Virus record (IMG/VR): IMGVR_UViG_3300009165_000005
Length of the DNA stretch: 64,000 bases
Reading direction: 5' to 3' (one strand)
Source of the DNA: a virus
Lineage: Duplodnaviria > Heunggongvirae > Uroviricota > Caudoviricetes
Every line of letters begins with the position of its first letter. The first letter of the stretch is position 1. Position numbers and translations under genes: made by a program. Shown one piece after another: positions 27,650-36,280 of the stretch. The notes beneath the pieces were generated by a model, which had not been told where the DNA came from, searched no databases, and saw nothing but the letters and a program-made list of their open reading frames with translations.

Positions 27650-27663
27650 GTATAAGAGCTTCA
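27650..27663 (-). promoter_or_regulatory. Candidate late-promoter motif (TGAAGCTCTTATAC)
   Basis: Intergenic, upstream of the scaffold gene; CTTRTA core. Confidence 0.3.
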
Positions 27664-29307
27664 TCGACGTCCGAGAGAGAACAATTTACCTTTAGTGACC
27701 AATTGAACCTTCTCAGAGTTAGTGAGGGTTCGGCCCAGTACCTCACGACAAGCCGCAAGGTATTTATCTACATTTGGATATGAGGTTATTCCGCCCAGTG
27801 CGATGACGGTCCTATAAATCCGAGCATCGCCTGCCATCGAGGATTTCCTCTCGGACCTCTCAAGAAGACGATTCATGACGAGAATTTCCCGTCCTGAGAA
27901 TCTGTTAGCCCTACCTACCGCTTCCCATCCGCCATGGTCATGCAGAATCAGTCCAGCTAGGATGTTCCTAGCTAAGGAGGGGTCTCTAACGTTGGCAAGT
28001 ACCATCTTTGATCGCTCACGCCACTTCGAGTAACGTAAAGCAGACTTGATAAGAGATTCATTGGACCGATTCTCGTCCAAGGTACTCTCCTCACCCTTGT
28101 TGGCTTCGGAGATGTCTTTCTTGACCTTGTTCGTGACCTCTCCAACCAAAGACTCATACAAATCGTTGATGACTTGTTTGAAGGGCTTGGTTGAGTCCTC
28201 AGTAGATGGCTCTGAGGAGGGTGATCCACTCATCTCAGCTTGTCCGGGGAAATCCTGCTGAGCGGTATTAATCTGTTGGATTCGGGCCTTGTGAGCCTCA
28301 ACAGCCTTGGAGGTTCCAGAAAACGGTGGCGGAGCGCGAAGAGTTCCAATTGAGGGCCCGTCATGCAAGTATGAGAGGTAGTCTGCAGGCTTCGCTGGAG
28401 CTCCAACTCCAATGGGTGCGAGCCTCGCTGCCTTCTGCATGGTATTCGGGTCGAAAACCTCTGTGGGCCTCATGAAGGCCACTTGAATCCTCTGTCGAGC
28501 TGCCTCTGCCAACTCAGCTGTCTTGGGATCAAGAATGGATCTAAGTACAGCTCCCGAAAAGGCTGGGTGCGCTACCCAAGAGGCCTCAATGAACTTGACT
28601 GAATTGGGATCAGAATAGTGACCACAGAGCTCAGCTATCTTGCGTCGCTTACCCTTTGGGTCTAAGAACGTTTGACCCTTAAAGTATCGGATATGCTTGC
28701 ACAATTGACTTTCATCTTCGGCCACATTCCCACATTTAGTGCACTGGGTATATGATACCTGGCACCCCATGCTAAGGGTTCCAAGGGTTCCATTGGAAAT
28801 TGCCTCAATGAGATCTTTGTGCTTCCTATCCGTAGCTACTAAGATATCGACATAAACTGAATCCCCAATGTCTCGAGCTGCAGCATCAATGATCTTACCT
28901 TTGGAAAGCTCAGGGATCTGAATATGCTCAACGAAATTGCTTCCACCAATGAACGTTCTGTAGCAAGAAAGAAGGAGTTTTCTCTCCCAGCTATCCTGAT
29001 TCGAATTAATATACTTCTCAGTTCCACGTGTGATGTAGAAGTCTGGGAACCGTCTGTCAATCTGAAGTCCCTCAAACATTTGCTTACCCGTAGGAAGCCC
29101 AGGGAATTCAGTATCGACCGAAGCAATGATAGTCACATGGCTCAATAAGTACTGAGCTGGATCATACTGCTGAAGTACCACTTGAGAGGCACTTCGCAAC
29201 TCAAACGAAGGTTCTGGATGAGTTGCCTTGGCACGAAAGTCATCCCATCCAGAAATGCTTATTGCTGGATGCACAACTTGGGCCCTAGCATACTTAGGGA
29301 AACTCAT
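27661..29307 (-). CDS. Prohead maturation protease with a Zn-finger insertion (548 aa)
   Basis: INSNQDSW..YRTFIG..VEH..GKIIDA..LSMGC (candidate catalytic His/Ser), CTKCG..CKH insertion, IEASWVAHPAF; upstream of scaffold and MCP. Confidence 0.7.
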   Translation of the reverse strand: MSFPKYARAQVVHPAISISGWDDFRAKATHPEPSFELRSASQVVLQQYDPAQYLLSHVTIIASVDTEFPGLPTGKQMFEGLQIDRRFPDFYITRGTEKYINSNQDSWERKLLLSCYRTFIGGSNFVEHIQIPELSKGKIIDAAARDIGDSVYVDILVATDRKHKDLIEAISNGTLGTLSMGCQVSYTQCTKCGNVAEDESQLCKHIRYFKGQTFLDPKGKRRKIAELCGHYSDPNSVKFIEASWVAHPAFSGAVLRSILDPKTAELAEAARQRIQVAFMRPTEVFDPNTMQKAARLAPIGVGAPAKPADYLSYLHDGPSIGTLRAPPPFSGTSKAVEAHKARIQQINTAQQDFPGQAEMSGSPSSEPSTEDSTKPFKQVINDLYESLVGEVTNKVKKDISEANKGEESTLDENRSNESLIKSALRYSKWRERSKMVLANVRDPSLARNILAGLILHDHGGWEAVGRANRFSGREILVMNRLLERSERKSSMAGDARIYRTVIALGGITSYPNVDKYLAACREVLGRTLTNSEKVQLVTKGKLFSLGRR

Positions 29308-29308
29308 A

Positions 29309-30055
29309 CTAGACCCCTACTCCGAACCACTGATGAGGTTCACCAGTGGGGCCAAGAATCGAAATCGGGTCGATGATGTAGAGGCACTTCGGGCAGGCAA
29401 AGACCTTGTGCCGAGCACCCTCATGCATCTTATAAGTAGCACGACGCATCCGATTCGAGCACTTCGGGCATGCGGGCTTACCCATCTTGATGTCCTCAGC
29501 CGTAGCCCTGTACTGCCTGTTCTGAGAGACCCAGTAGGCGGAGGACTTCTGAAGATGAGCCTCAATCCTCATGTCTCCAGAGTTCTTTGCAAATCGGTAA
29601 AACTTAGAGACTTCTGATCGAAGTTCCTCATCATTCACATTTGGGTAAAGAGCGCGATAGAGATCGTCATAAGCAATGATCTCGCTCGCGCCCTTATGCC
29701 AACGCCTCGCCAGCTCTACATAAACCGAGGGCTGGAATTGCTTACTCCAGAGGGAACTCGAGGAAGCTTCCTTCCTAGCCCTCTCGATCTCTACGGTTAG
29801 GTAACTCTGATCAAATTGAGGTGGCAGATACCGGATGAATTTAGGACTGACCCTAACAATGTCATCCGGAAACACACGCTCATTACCAAATGGCCATTGG
29901 ACATCAAGTACGCCAAGGCCCTTGTGGACAGCAGTGACCGTCCCAACATAAGGCGAGAGATCCCCACCAATGACGTCGATCTTTTGGACCACATCACCTT
30001 GGGTAAATTCCTTTACAAGTTTCCAATAGTCGATCATTGAAACCCGTCCCGCCAC
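29309..30055 (-). CDS. Head-cluster protein with an SH3/KOW-like N-terminus and C-terminal zinc ribbon
   Basis: GDVVQK..YVGTVTAVHKGLGVLDVQW; CPKC...CPKC. Start may be the ATG at 30037. Confidence 0.6.
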   Translation of the reverse strand: MAGRVSMIDYWKLVKEFTQGDVVQKIDVIGGDLSPYVGTVTAVHKGLGVLDVQWPFGNERVFPDDIVRVSPKFIRYLPPQFDQSYLTVEIERARKEASSSSLWSKQFQPSVYVELARRWHKGASEIIAYDDLYRALYPNVNDEELRSEVSKFYRFAKNSGDMRIEAHLQKSSAYWVSQNRQYRATAEDIKMGKPACPKCSNRMRRATYKMHEGARHKVFACPKCLYIIDPISILGPTGEPHQWFGVGV

Positions 30056-30085
30056 CTATTCAAGTAGGTGCTAGCTGAGGTCAAC

Positions 30086-31165
30086 TTATGGGGCGAGAGG
30101 GCGACCTGTGGTGGACTTGCCAGTTGCGACGGCCTCCGTCTGGTCATCCTTGAACAAGCTCATGTACTCGTTCTCGTCGGCATCGGTCTGAATGGGAGCC
30201 GTCGGAGCGTTGAAGGTATCCATGTAACCCTCGTCCGCGTCCTCCTGTAGGACCTTGGCTTGACGAAGCACATGGACCTGACGCTTGAGCATGTGATCTG
30301 CTCCATAGCTATTCAGCTCGACCTCGTCCGCCACCTTGTCGATCTCATTGACGACAGCTTTGGCAGCTTCGAAGTTCATCCCCCACTTCTCATGGTTGTC
30401 TTGAATGACCTGAGCGACCCGATCCAAACGGGTGAGGATCTTGCTGGCTTCTTCCTGAGCAAACTTGGCAGTCATATTGTTTCCCTCTGAGGTTCTAATT
30501 GAGGACTCACGAACGGTTAACAATGGATTTGTTTGAGTTTCCCCTGACAGTTTGGCTAAGAGCATGTTGTAGAGGTTGGCATCTACGACTGCGCCGTAGC
30601 GACCATCCTCAGCAGATCGAATGGCTAGGTCGAGAGCAGCTCTGAAACGAGCATCGGGAACCATTCCACTAATAGCCTTGGACAAAACAGAAGACTTCAA
30701 CCACTCTTTAGCCGCAGCAAGAAGGATGTTGTAGTCTTCTGCAGTGAGATCGCGAACAACACCCTGTTCCCACTCAACATATGGGGCGAACCCTTCATGA
30801 CCTTTTGGGTAGGGCTCAATACCGTGATACATCGAGGTCCTTTGGGGTTGGGATTTAGAGTCGTCTGCCAGCATGGATGCTTCCACCTGTGCTTTGACTA
30901 GGGGATAAGAAGAATAGAGGTTGGTTTCTGGAACCCTTAGGGCTGGCTGAACCAACCTCTGAAAGTTCCCTGTTGAACCACCAATTTCCCGTCGATTCCG
31001 AGATAAGTCCTTATCCGTCTTGTTCAAGTCGGGGTCACGTTCAACCTCAACCCGCTCTCGACGACGATCATGACGAGGAGGCTTGAGCTTAGGCAGAGGT
31101 CTAACAAGGCGCTCCGCCTCCTCTTCCTCTCGCTCATGAAGATCCTTGGTAGCAATAACATCCAT
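30086..31165 (-). CDS. Hypothetical head-cluster protein (359 aa)
   Basis: Directly downstream of the portal gene; charged N-terminus, helical C-terminus. Confidence 0.65.
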   Translation of the reverse strand: MDVIATKDLHEREEEEAERLVRPLPKLKPPRHDRRRERVEVERDPDLNKTDKDLSRNRREIGGSTGNFQRLVQPALRVPETNLYSSYPLVKAQVEASMLADDSKSQPQRTSMYHGIEPYPKGHEGFAPYVEWEQGVVRDLTAEDYNILLAAAKEWLKSSVLSKAISGMVPDARFRAALDLAIRSAEDGRYGAVVDANLYNMLLAKLSGETQTNPLLTVRESSIRTSEGNNMTAKFAQEEASKILTRLDRVAQVIQDNHEKWGMNFEAAKAVVNEIDKVADEVELNSYGADHMLKRQVHVLRQAKVLQEDADEGYMDTFNAPTAPIQTDADENEYMSLFKDDQTEAVATGKSTTGRPLAP

Positions 31166-31201
31166 GGGTCGCAGGCATGACTCCTATCTAGCCTGCGACC
31201 C
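31166..31201 (-). promoter_or_regulatory. Perfect 11-bp hairpin abutting the start codon, with AGGAG in the loop
   Basis: GGGTCGCAGGC-TAGATAGGAGTCAT-GCCTGCGACCC|ATG. Confidence 0.6.
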
Positions 31202-31216
31202 TAAAGGACTATTGGA

Positions 31217-34159
31217 TCACCCAAACCTGGATTCGGACTCCTGAGAAGGTGCCGCATTTTTCTTGAGGTGAAGGTATTCAGCGATCTTCTCAGATACGTT
31301 GGTATCTTCTACTAGCTTTCTACCAACCTCACCGTAGATGCCTCGAAGTACTTCGTTGAAAGTGGAATCATTGATCGTGAACATGTCACGCTCAAGTTTT
31401 TCCTTGGTATCCTGAGGATCGATGTTGAATAGCTCGAGAATCACATCAACACTCACGCTACCCTTCTGGTAGAGATTGAACAGGGCATCGTAAGTGTCTT
31501 GCGAGTCACGTAGTGCCAAACGAGTGAAGCTCAACCTCGGATAGAGGACAACCTCGTTCCCCCACTCATCCTGCTCCACGAAACCTTTTCTACGGGCCAC
31601 AGGCCTAAAGAGATACTTCTCGACGTACTCCTGAATCATCTCACGGAATAGGAGGTACCTGGTATTGAGTACCTCGAGTTTCACCCGGTCACCAGAGAAG
31701 GTAGCCTCCCCATTCAATAGAGACTCTGTAACCCCAAGACCCGCGAATAACTGCTTGTCCGTGATCTCGTATTCAGTGGACAGATCCAGAAGACGGTCTC
31801 GAGCTCCGATGTCCTCCCAATGAACCTCGTAGTTCGTGATAATACTGTAATCTGGGTCAACCAGAGCCAAGTCAACTTGCTCACGGAGATCCTCGACATC
31901 CAACTCAGAAAGACCCTCACCCCAAATCAAACGCTTGGGGGTCATCGCTCTGGAAGCAATGAGAGTCTGCGCTTGACGGAGCTTCTCCCTGTAGTAGAGG
32001 CAGTTGCGTGTTGCGGCTAAGTTAGCAAAGAAGGTATGGTCCTCATGCACATTCAAGCTGTATACAGGGCCCGTATACGTCGTAGTACCAACTCTAGTAA
32101 CTCGGTAATAGAGTTTCCCCTCAAACTCAATATGACGAGGGCCTGATTTGCCAGTCTTCCAAGAGTCTGGTACTTTTTTCTTTGCTAAGAAACCTGACTC
32201 AAAGAATTTCTTGACCGATGGCCCGTGGGTAAAGTGAACAGAATAGGAAGGTTTTGCGCAACTCAACTGCTTAACCCAACGCTCCTTAAGAGCATTGGTG
32301 TTCGAAGCTGGGATTCCCAACGAAGTGCAAAGCAAGAATATTTGATCCGTAAGAGATTTGTTACTCCCATTGAACCTAACCGAAATACTACCATCTTTTT
32401 TGGTTACAACGTCCCCATCAGAATCGACGAAACCACGCAACAACCCAAGCAAAAAGTCCTTTGGAGCATCAAAGATCCAATTGGGTAGCTGCTTATCCTC
32501 ACAGGTGTGACCAAAGTTCTTAGCTAACCAACGAATCAAGGTATCCTGGTAACCAAAGAGGTGCGAACCATTAGTCTGCCAAGTGACCCCTAACCGATCA
32601 AGGGTGGGCTTGATCTGCCCCTCGATTGACAGAACAGATGTTGTTTGGGTATTATCAAATGTAATACCCAAACAACCGTAGGCTAAGCCTTCTCGTTTTG
32701 CAAGATGTCCTGCACCTAACCAGTAACCTACAAAGTAGCCAAAATCAGAGTTCAAGTCTAACCATCGTGGGGACGATGTGTTATCGAAGTCCAAAGACAA
32801 GTCAAATCTAGACACTGACTCAGTCAGCGGAATCTGAGGTACTTGAAGAGCGTCCCTAGGACGGATATCACCAGCAAGAAGATCAACGACCTTTCCATCT
32901 CTAAGTACAAAGTGCTTGTGATTCTTTGTACAAGCAATAGGGGAGTACAACTTTGACACATGAAGTAGGGACACTTCCTCATCGACAACGCGTACTCCAA
33001 TCTCAAAACCCCTCCAGACTCCGGTATGACTTAGAAGTAGATCTGTATCTGGGTTCAAGGTTTCGATTGGAATCTGCCCAATAAGCCCATTCCTTTGCAC
33101 AAGAACAAGAGTCCCGGGCAAATGGCAACGCAAGCATCGATCGAGGATGCTTGCTCCCAAATCCTCTCCAGCCCCTCGTCGTGCAGCTAGATGGTAGCAA
33201 AAGGATCCCTCATCGGCATCGGTGCCTAATGGGATCAATTTACCAGATTCGAGGTAATCACGTACCTCGGAGGGGATCTCCTCAACCATCTCCTGGGCTC
33301 GCTCATCTCCAGCCTTAGCTTGAGTGAACAAAGCCTTGTCCCGATCACTCGGAATCAACTCAATTCGAGTCTTGTCGGTGAACGAGAAGGTAGTGAGCTT
33401 CACCTGATCAATTGGAAGAATTACAAGCTTGGCCCACCCCTTGTAATTCTTCTGGTAGTAGGCTAGGTCCTTCTCCTCGTGATCCGGATAGGGCTCAACG
33501 AGTTCTTGCTCCGTTTCAGTTCCAGTACCATCAGGATTGAGAATAGCTAACGGACGACGCTCTACCCGATTACCAACCTCCACTGGGATATCTACGGAAG
33601 AATCTTCTGCGAAGAGAAATACATTCCCGTCCAACCAATAGTGGTGGGTACCAGTGATCAACCTCTTGAAGAGTTCAATCTTGTCACACATCCTCTCGAA
33701 AAAATCCAGGATGTACTTCCCGTAATTATCAGCACTCTTGAAACCTTGTGGGCAAGTCCTGGGCTTAGGGGTCGAGAGACGAACTTTGGAGAGAGGTAGC
33801 TCGGTGTGAAGGTCAATAGCTTGACCAACGATAGGATCCGTATTGTAGAAATGACGATAGATCTCTCTCTTTTCACGAAGAGACTGTGGGAGCTCTAGAA
33901 AGTCTGTGGAGAGCTGAGGAGAGAAGAAGGAGCTATTCCCAGAAAGGGAGGTATTTGAGCCCGCGCCAATTGGAACGGGACCCCCGTAATTCCCAGCTCC
34001 ACTCATGTTGGAGGTACGAAGCTTTCGAGCCTGTCTCTCCTTCTCAGTCAGATTGGTGAACTTACCCTTCGCAGCATAGGGGGCATACTGTCTGCTTGTA
34101 GAGGACCAAGAGGAGGAGAACCCGCTCTGAGGTACATTGGTAAATCTAGCCGCTGGCAT
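31217..34159 (-). CDS. Portal protein precursor containing an intein (980 aa; ~605 aa after splicing)
   Basis: REIYRHFYNTDPIVGQAIDL, SILDRCLR|..|CLYYREKLRQAQ, FREMIQEYVEKYLFRPVA; first gene of the head series. Confidence 0.8.
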   Translation of the reverse strand: MPAARFTNVPQSGFSSSWSSTSRQYAPYAAKGKFTNLTEKERQARKLRTSNMSGAGNYGGPVPIGAGSNTSLSGNSSFFSPQLSTDFLELPQSLREKREIYRHFYNTDPIVGQAIDLHTELPLSKVRLSTPKPRTCPQGFKSADNYGKYILDFFERMCDKIELFKRLITGTHHYWLDGNVFLFAEDSSVDIPVEVGNRVERRPLAILNPDGTGTETEQELVEPYPDHEEKDLAYYQKNYKGWAKLVILPIDQVKLTTFSFTDKTRIELIPSDRDKALFTQAKAGDERAQEMVEEIPSEVRDYLESGKLIPLGTDADEGSFCYHLAARRGAGEDLGASILDRCLRCHLPGTLVLVQRNGLIGQIPIETLNPDTDLLLSHTGVWRGFEIGVRVVDEEVSLLHVSKLYSPIACTKNHKHFVLRDGKVVDLLAGDIRPRDALQVPQIPLTESVSRFDLSLDFDNTSSPRWLDLNSDFGYFVGYWLGAGHLAKREGLAYGCLGITFDNTQTTSVLSIEGQIKPTLDRLGVTWQTNGSHLFGYQDTLIRWLAKNFGHTCEDKQLPNWIFDAPKDFLLGLLRGFVDSDGDVVTKKDGSISVRFNGSNKSLTDQIFLLCTSLGIPASNTNALKERWVKQLSCAKPSYSVHFTHGPSVKKFFESGFLAKKKVPDSWKTGKSGPRHIEFEGKLYYRVTRVGTTTYTGPVYSLNVHEDHTFFANLAATRNCLYYREKLRQAQTLIASRAMTPKRLIWGEGLSELDVEDLREQVDLALVDPDYSIITNYEVHWEDIGARDRLLDLSTEYEITDKQLFAGLGVTESLLNGEATFSGDRVKLEVLNTRYLLFREMIQEYVEKYLFRPVARRKGFVEQDEWGNEVVLYPRLSFTRLALRDSQDTYDALFNLYQKGSVSVDVILELFNIDPQDTKEKLERDMFTINDSTFNEVLRGIYGEVGRKLVEDTNVSEKIAEYLHLKKNAAPSQESESRFG
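32003..33127 (-). mobile_element. Intein (375 aa) with a LAGLIDADG endonuclease domain
   Basis: Block A CHLPGTLV, block B CTKNHKHF (TxxH), LAGLIDADG motifs GYWLGAG and RGFVDSDG, block F VYSLNVHEDHTFFAN, ends TRN followed by Cys+1. Confidence 0.92.
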
Positions 34160-34680
34160 TAGGGTAACTCCTCGCCATACAAGTCATCGATATCTGAAGG
34201 CATTGTCTTTGATAGACCCGCTGCCACCAGATCCTCACCAGAGGTCCCCTGAGGGATCCCATAAAGGGCTTCCAAAGGGTCCTTCGGAGATGAAGTGGAC
34301 TTCTGCTGTTCAGCTTCTCTTCTAGCTAACCTCTCCGCCTCAACTTGCTTCTGTCGATTCCTATCCTCTGTATCGCGAGCAACAACCGTAAGAATCCTAT
34401 TTTCAACCCCAGCAGTCCTCCTAGCAGCTTGATAAACCATCCCAGAGAAACGCTTCCCAGAGTTAGCAATTGAGATGTAGGAGTAGGAGGCCTCATCAGC
34501 AGCACGACGAGCTTTGCTGTAGAGGGTTGCGTAGATCTCATTCAACTTCTCAGAATGATCCATCATCAAGTCTCGAATTCGAACAGCCTCAGCACAAAGC
34601 TCATCGAGACTCATCTGGTCCAAGGGCTTCCTGAACCGGTAAGTCTCGTGAGACCTGAGTTTAAGTCCATTTTCGGCCAT
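34159..34680 (-). CDS. Hypothetical helical protein (173 aa)
   Basis: TAATG overlaps at both ends. Confidence 0.7.
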   Translation of the reverse strand: MAENGLKLRSHETYRFRKPLDQMSLDELCAEAVRIRDLMMDHSEKLNEIYATLYSKARRAADEASYSYISIANSGKRFSGMVYQAARRTAGVENRILTVVARDTEDRNRQKQVEAERLARREAEQQKSTSSPKDPLEALYGIPQGTSGEDLVAAGLSKTMPSDIDDLYGEELP

Positions 34681-35198
34681 TACATTGACGTTTGGATACC
34701 TAGGAAGTTGCTATTCACTGACTTTGGAATCTGAGCTACGAACCCAGTGAAGAAGCAAGGAGCAAGAGGGTCACCAGAGAGAGTCATTTCATCCTCTTTG
34801 GTCCACAAACCCCTTTTTGATAAGTAAAGTATGTCGTTAGCCTGATAGCTTATGGGAACGTAGGGAGGACCCACAATTCTAGAGGCATAGGTATACCGTT
34901 CATAGCTAGTGGTAGCCATTAGGCATCCACCAGAGAGCATAACTGCATACTGATAGACCAATTGCTGTTTGGTCATCGCAGTAAACTCGTCGGCAGACTC
35001 ATCGGATCCCCAAACTAAGAAGCCTCCGTAGAGACCACTTGAGAATGTCACCATTCTCTCGTCAGTAGGAGAGTCAACCCATTGAACCCCCTGACCTCCA
35101 GACCACCCGAGCCGAATCATATCCGGAGAGACAATAACGGGCTGAGTGTCCCCTTTAAAGAACACGACACAGTCTCTGGAACGGATGATCTCAGGCAT
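34680..35198 (-). CDS. Decoration-like protein, paralogue 3 of 3
   Basis: RDC..KGD..GWSGGQGVQW..YTYASR..YQANDILYLSKRGLWTKEDE..GDP.AP..QTS. Confidence 0.7.
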   Translation of the reverse strand: MPEIIRSRDCVVFFKGDTQPVIVSPDMIRLGWSGGQGVQWVDSPTDERMVTFSSGLYGGFLVWGSDESADEFTAMTKQQLVYQYAVMLSGGCLMATTSYERYTYASRIVGPPYVPISYQANDILYLSKRGLWTKEDEMTLSGDPLAPCFFTGFVAQIPKSVNSNFLGIQTSM

Positions 35199-35204
35199 GG
35201 GATC

Positions 35205-35735
35205 TCAAATTGAAGTTTGAATTACGATGTAGTTGTTGTTCTCTGGCGCTGGGGCTTGAACCACATTCCCGATGAAGTACGTGTTCGGGGCTCGCGGATC
35301 ACCAGCCGGCGTCCATTCATCTTCAGTTGTAAACAACCCACGAAGAGAGAATACAACCCTCTGACCTACCCTGTACACGATGGGGACTAGAAGGCCACCC
35401 CCGGTACGAGAGGCATAGGTGTACTGCTCGAAGGTTCGAGTAGCGATAAGCCAACCTCCAGCGCAGAACGTTCCGTAGCCATACAGAGGCTGAGCTCCTG
35501 TCATCGAGGTGAACTGATCTGAGGACTCGTTCGACCCCCAGAGCAAGAAGCCACCGTAGATGCCGTCTGAGAACGTTACAATGAACTCATCCCTTGAAGA
35601 GTCATCCCACTTCACTCCCTGCCCACCCTGCCAACCCTGAGTCGCCATGGCTTGGGAAACGGCAACAGTATAGGCGTCGCCACGAAATAGGACGTAGCAG
35701 TCTCGGGTTCTCGGGAACTTCTGAGTGTAGGTCAT
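35205..35735 (-). CDS. Decoration-like protein, paralogue 2 of 3
   Basis: RDC..RGD..GWQGGQGVKW..YTYASR..SLRGLFTTEDE..GDPRAP..QTSI. Confidence 0.7.
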   Translation of the reverse strand: MTYTQKFPRTRDCYVLFRGDAYTVAVSQAMATQGWQGGQGVKWDDSSRDEFIVTFSDGIYGGFLLWGSNESSDQFTSMTGAQPLYGYGTFCAGGWLIATRTFEQYTYASRTGGGLLVPIVYRVGQRVVFSLRGLFTTEDEWTPAGDPRAPNTYFIGNVVQAPAPENNNYIVIQTSI

Positions 35736-35743
35736 GTTTGCTT

Positions 35744-36280
35744 CTAGATGCTAACTTGAACCCCCATGTAGAAGTTAGTAAGGCTAGACGGGGCCTGGGT
35801 CACGAACCCAATGAAGTAAGTATTTGGTGCACGAGGATCCCCAGAGAGGGTCCATTCGTCCTCAGACGTCCAGTACCCTCGTAAAGAGAACAAGAGACGA
35901 TCACTCGCGTGATACACAATAGGTACTAATGGACCACTTTGACGAGAGGCATAGGTGTATCGCTCAAAAGTTGTGGTCAATATGTGCCACCCTCCAGCCC
36001 CGACGGTACCAAACCGGTAGTAGGGTTGGTTCGCTGTCATTGACGTGAGCTGGTCCCCAGATTCAGAAGATCCCCAGAGCATGAACCCAGCGTAGTAACC
36101 ATCAGATTGGGTCACCAAGAACTCATCTAAACTTGACCCAACCCACTGGACTGCTTGACCACCCCGCCAACCCTGAGTCGCTAGAATGCTGTCAACCGTG
36201 ACGGGGTAGGCATCTCCTTTGGCGAGAATTATGCAATCCCGATCCCGAATGGGCTCGTTGCTGACGAGCTGCTCAGGCAC
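35744..36280 (-). CDS. Decoration-like protein, paralogue 1 of 3
   Basis: RDC..KGD..GWRGGQAVQW..YTYASR..SLRGYWTSEDE..GDPRAP. GTG at 36280 (SD AGGAG, TAGTG overlap) preferred over 36388. Confidence 0.7.
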   Translation of the reverse strand: MPEQLVSNEPIRDRDCIILAKGDAYPVTVDSILATQGWRGGQAVQWVGSSLDEFLVTQSDGYYAGFMLWGSSESGDQLTSMTANQPYYRFGTVGAGGWHILTTTFERYTYASRQSGPLVPIVYHASDRLLFSLRGYWTSEDEWTLSGDPRAPNTYFIGFVTQAPSSLTNFYMGVQVSI

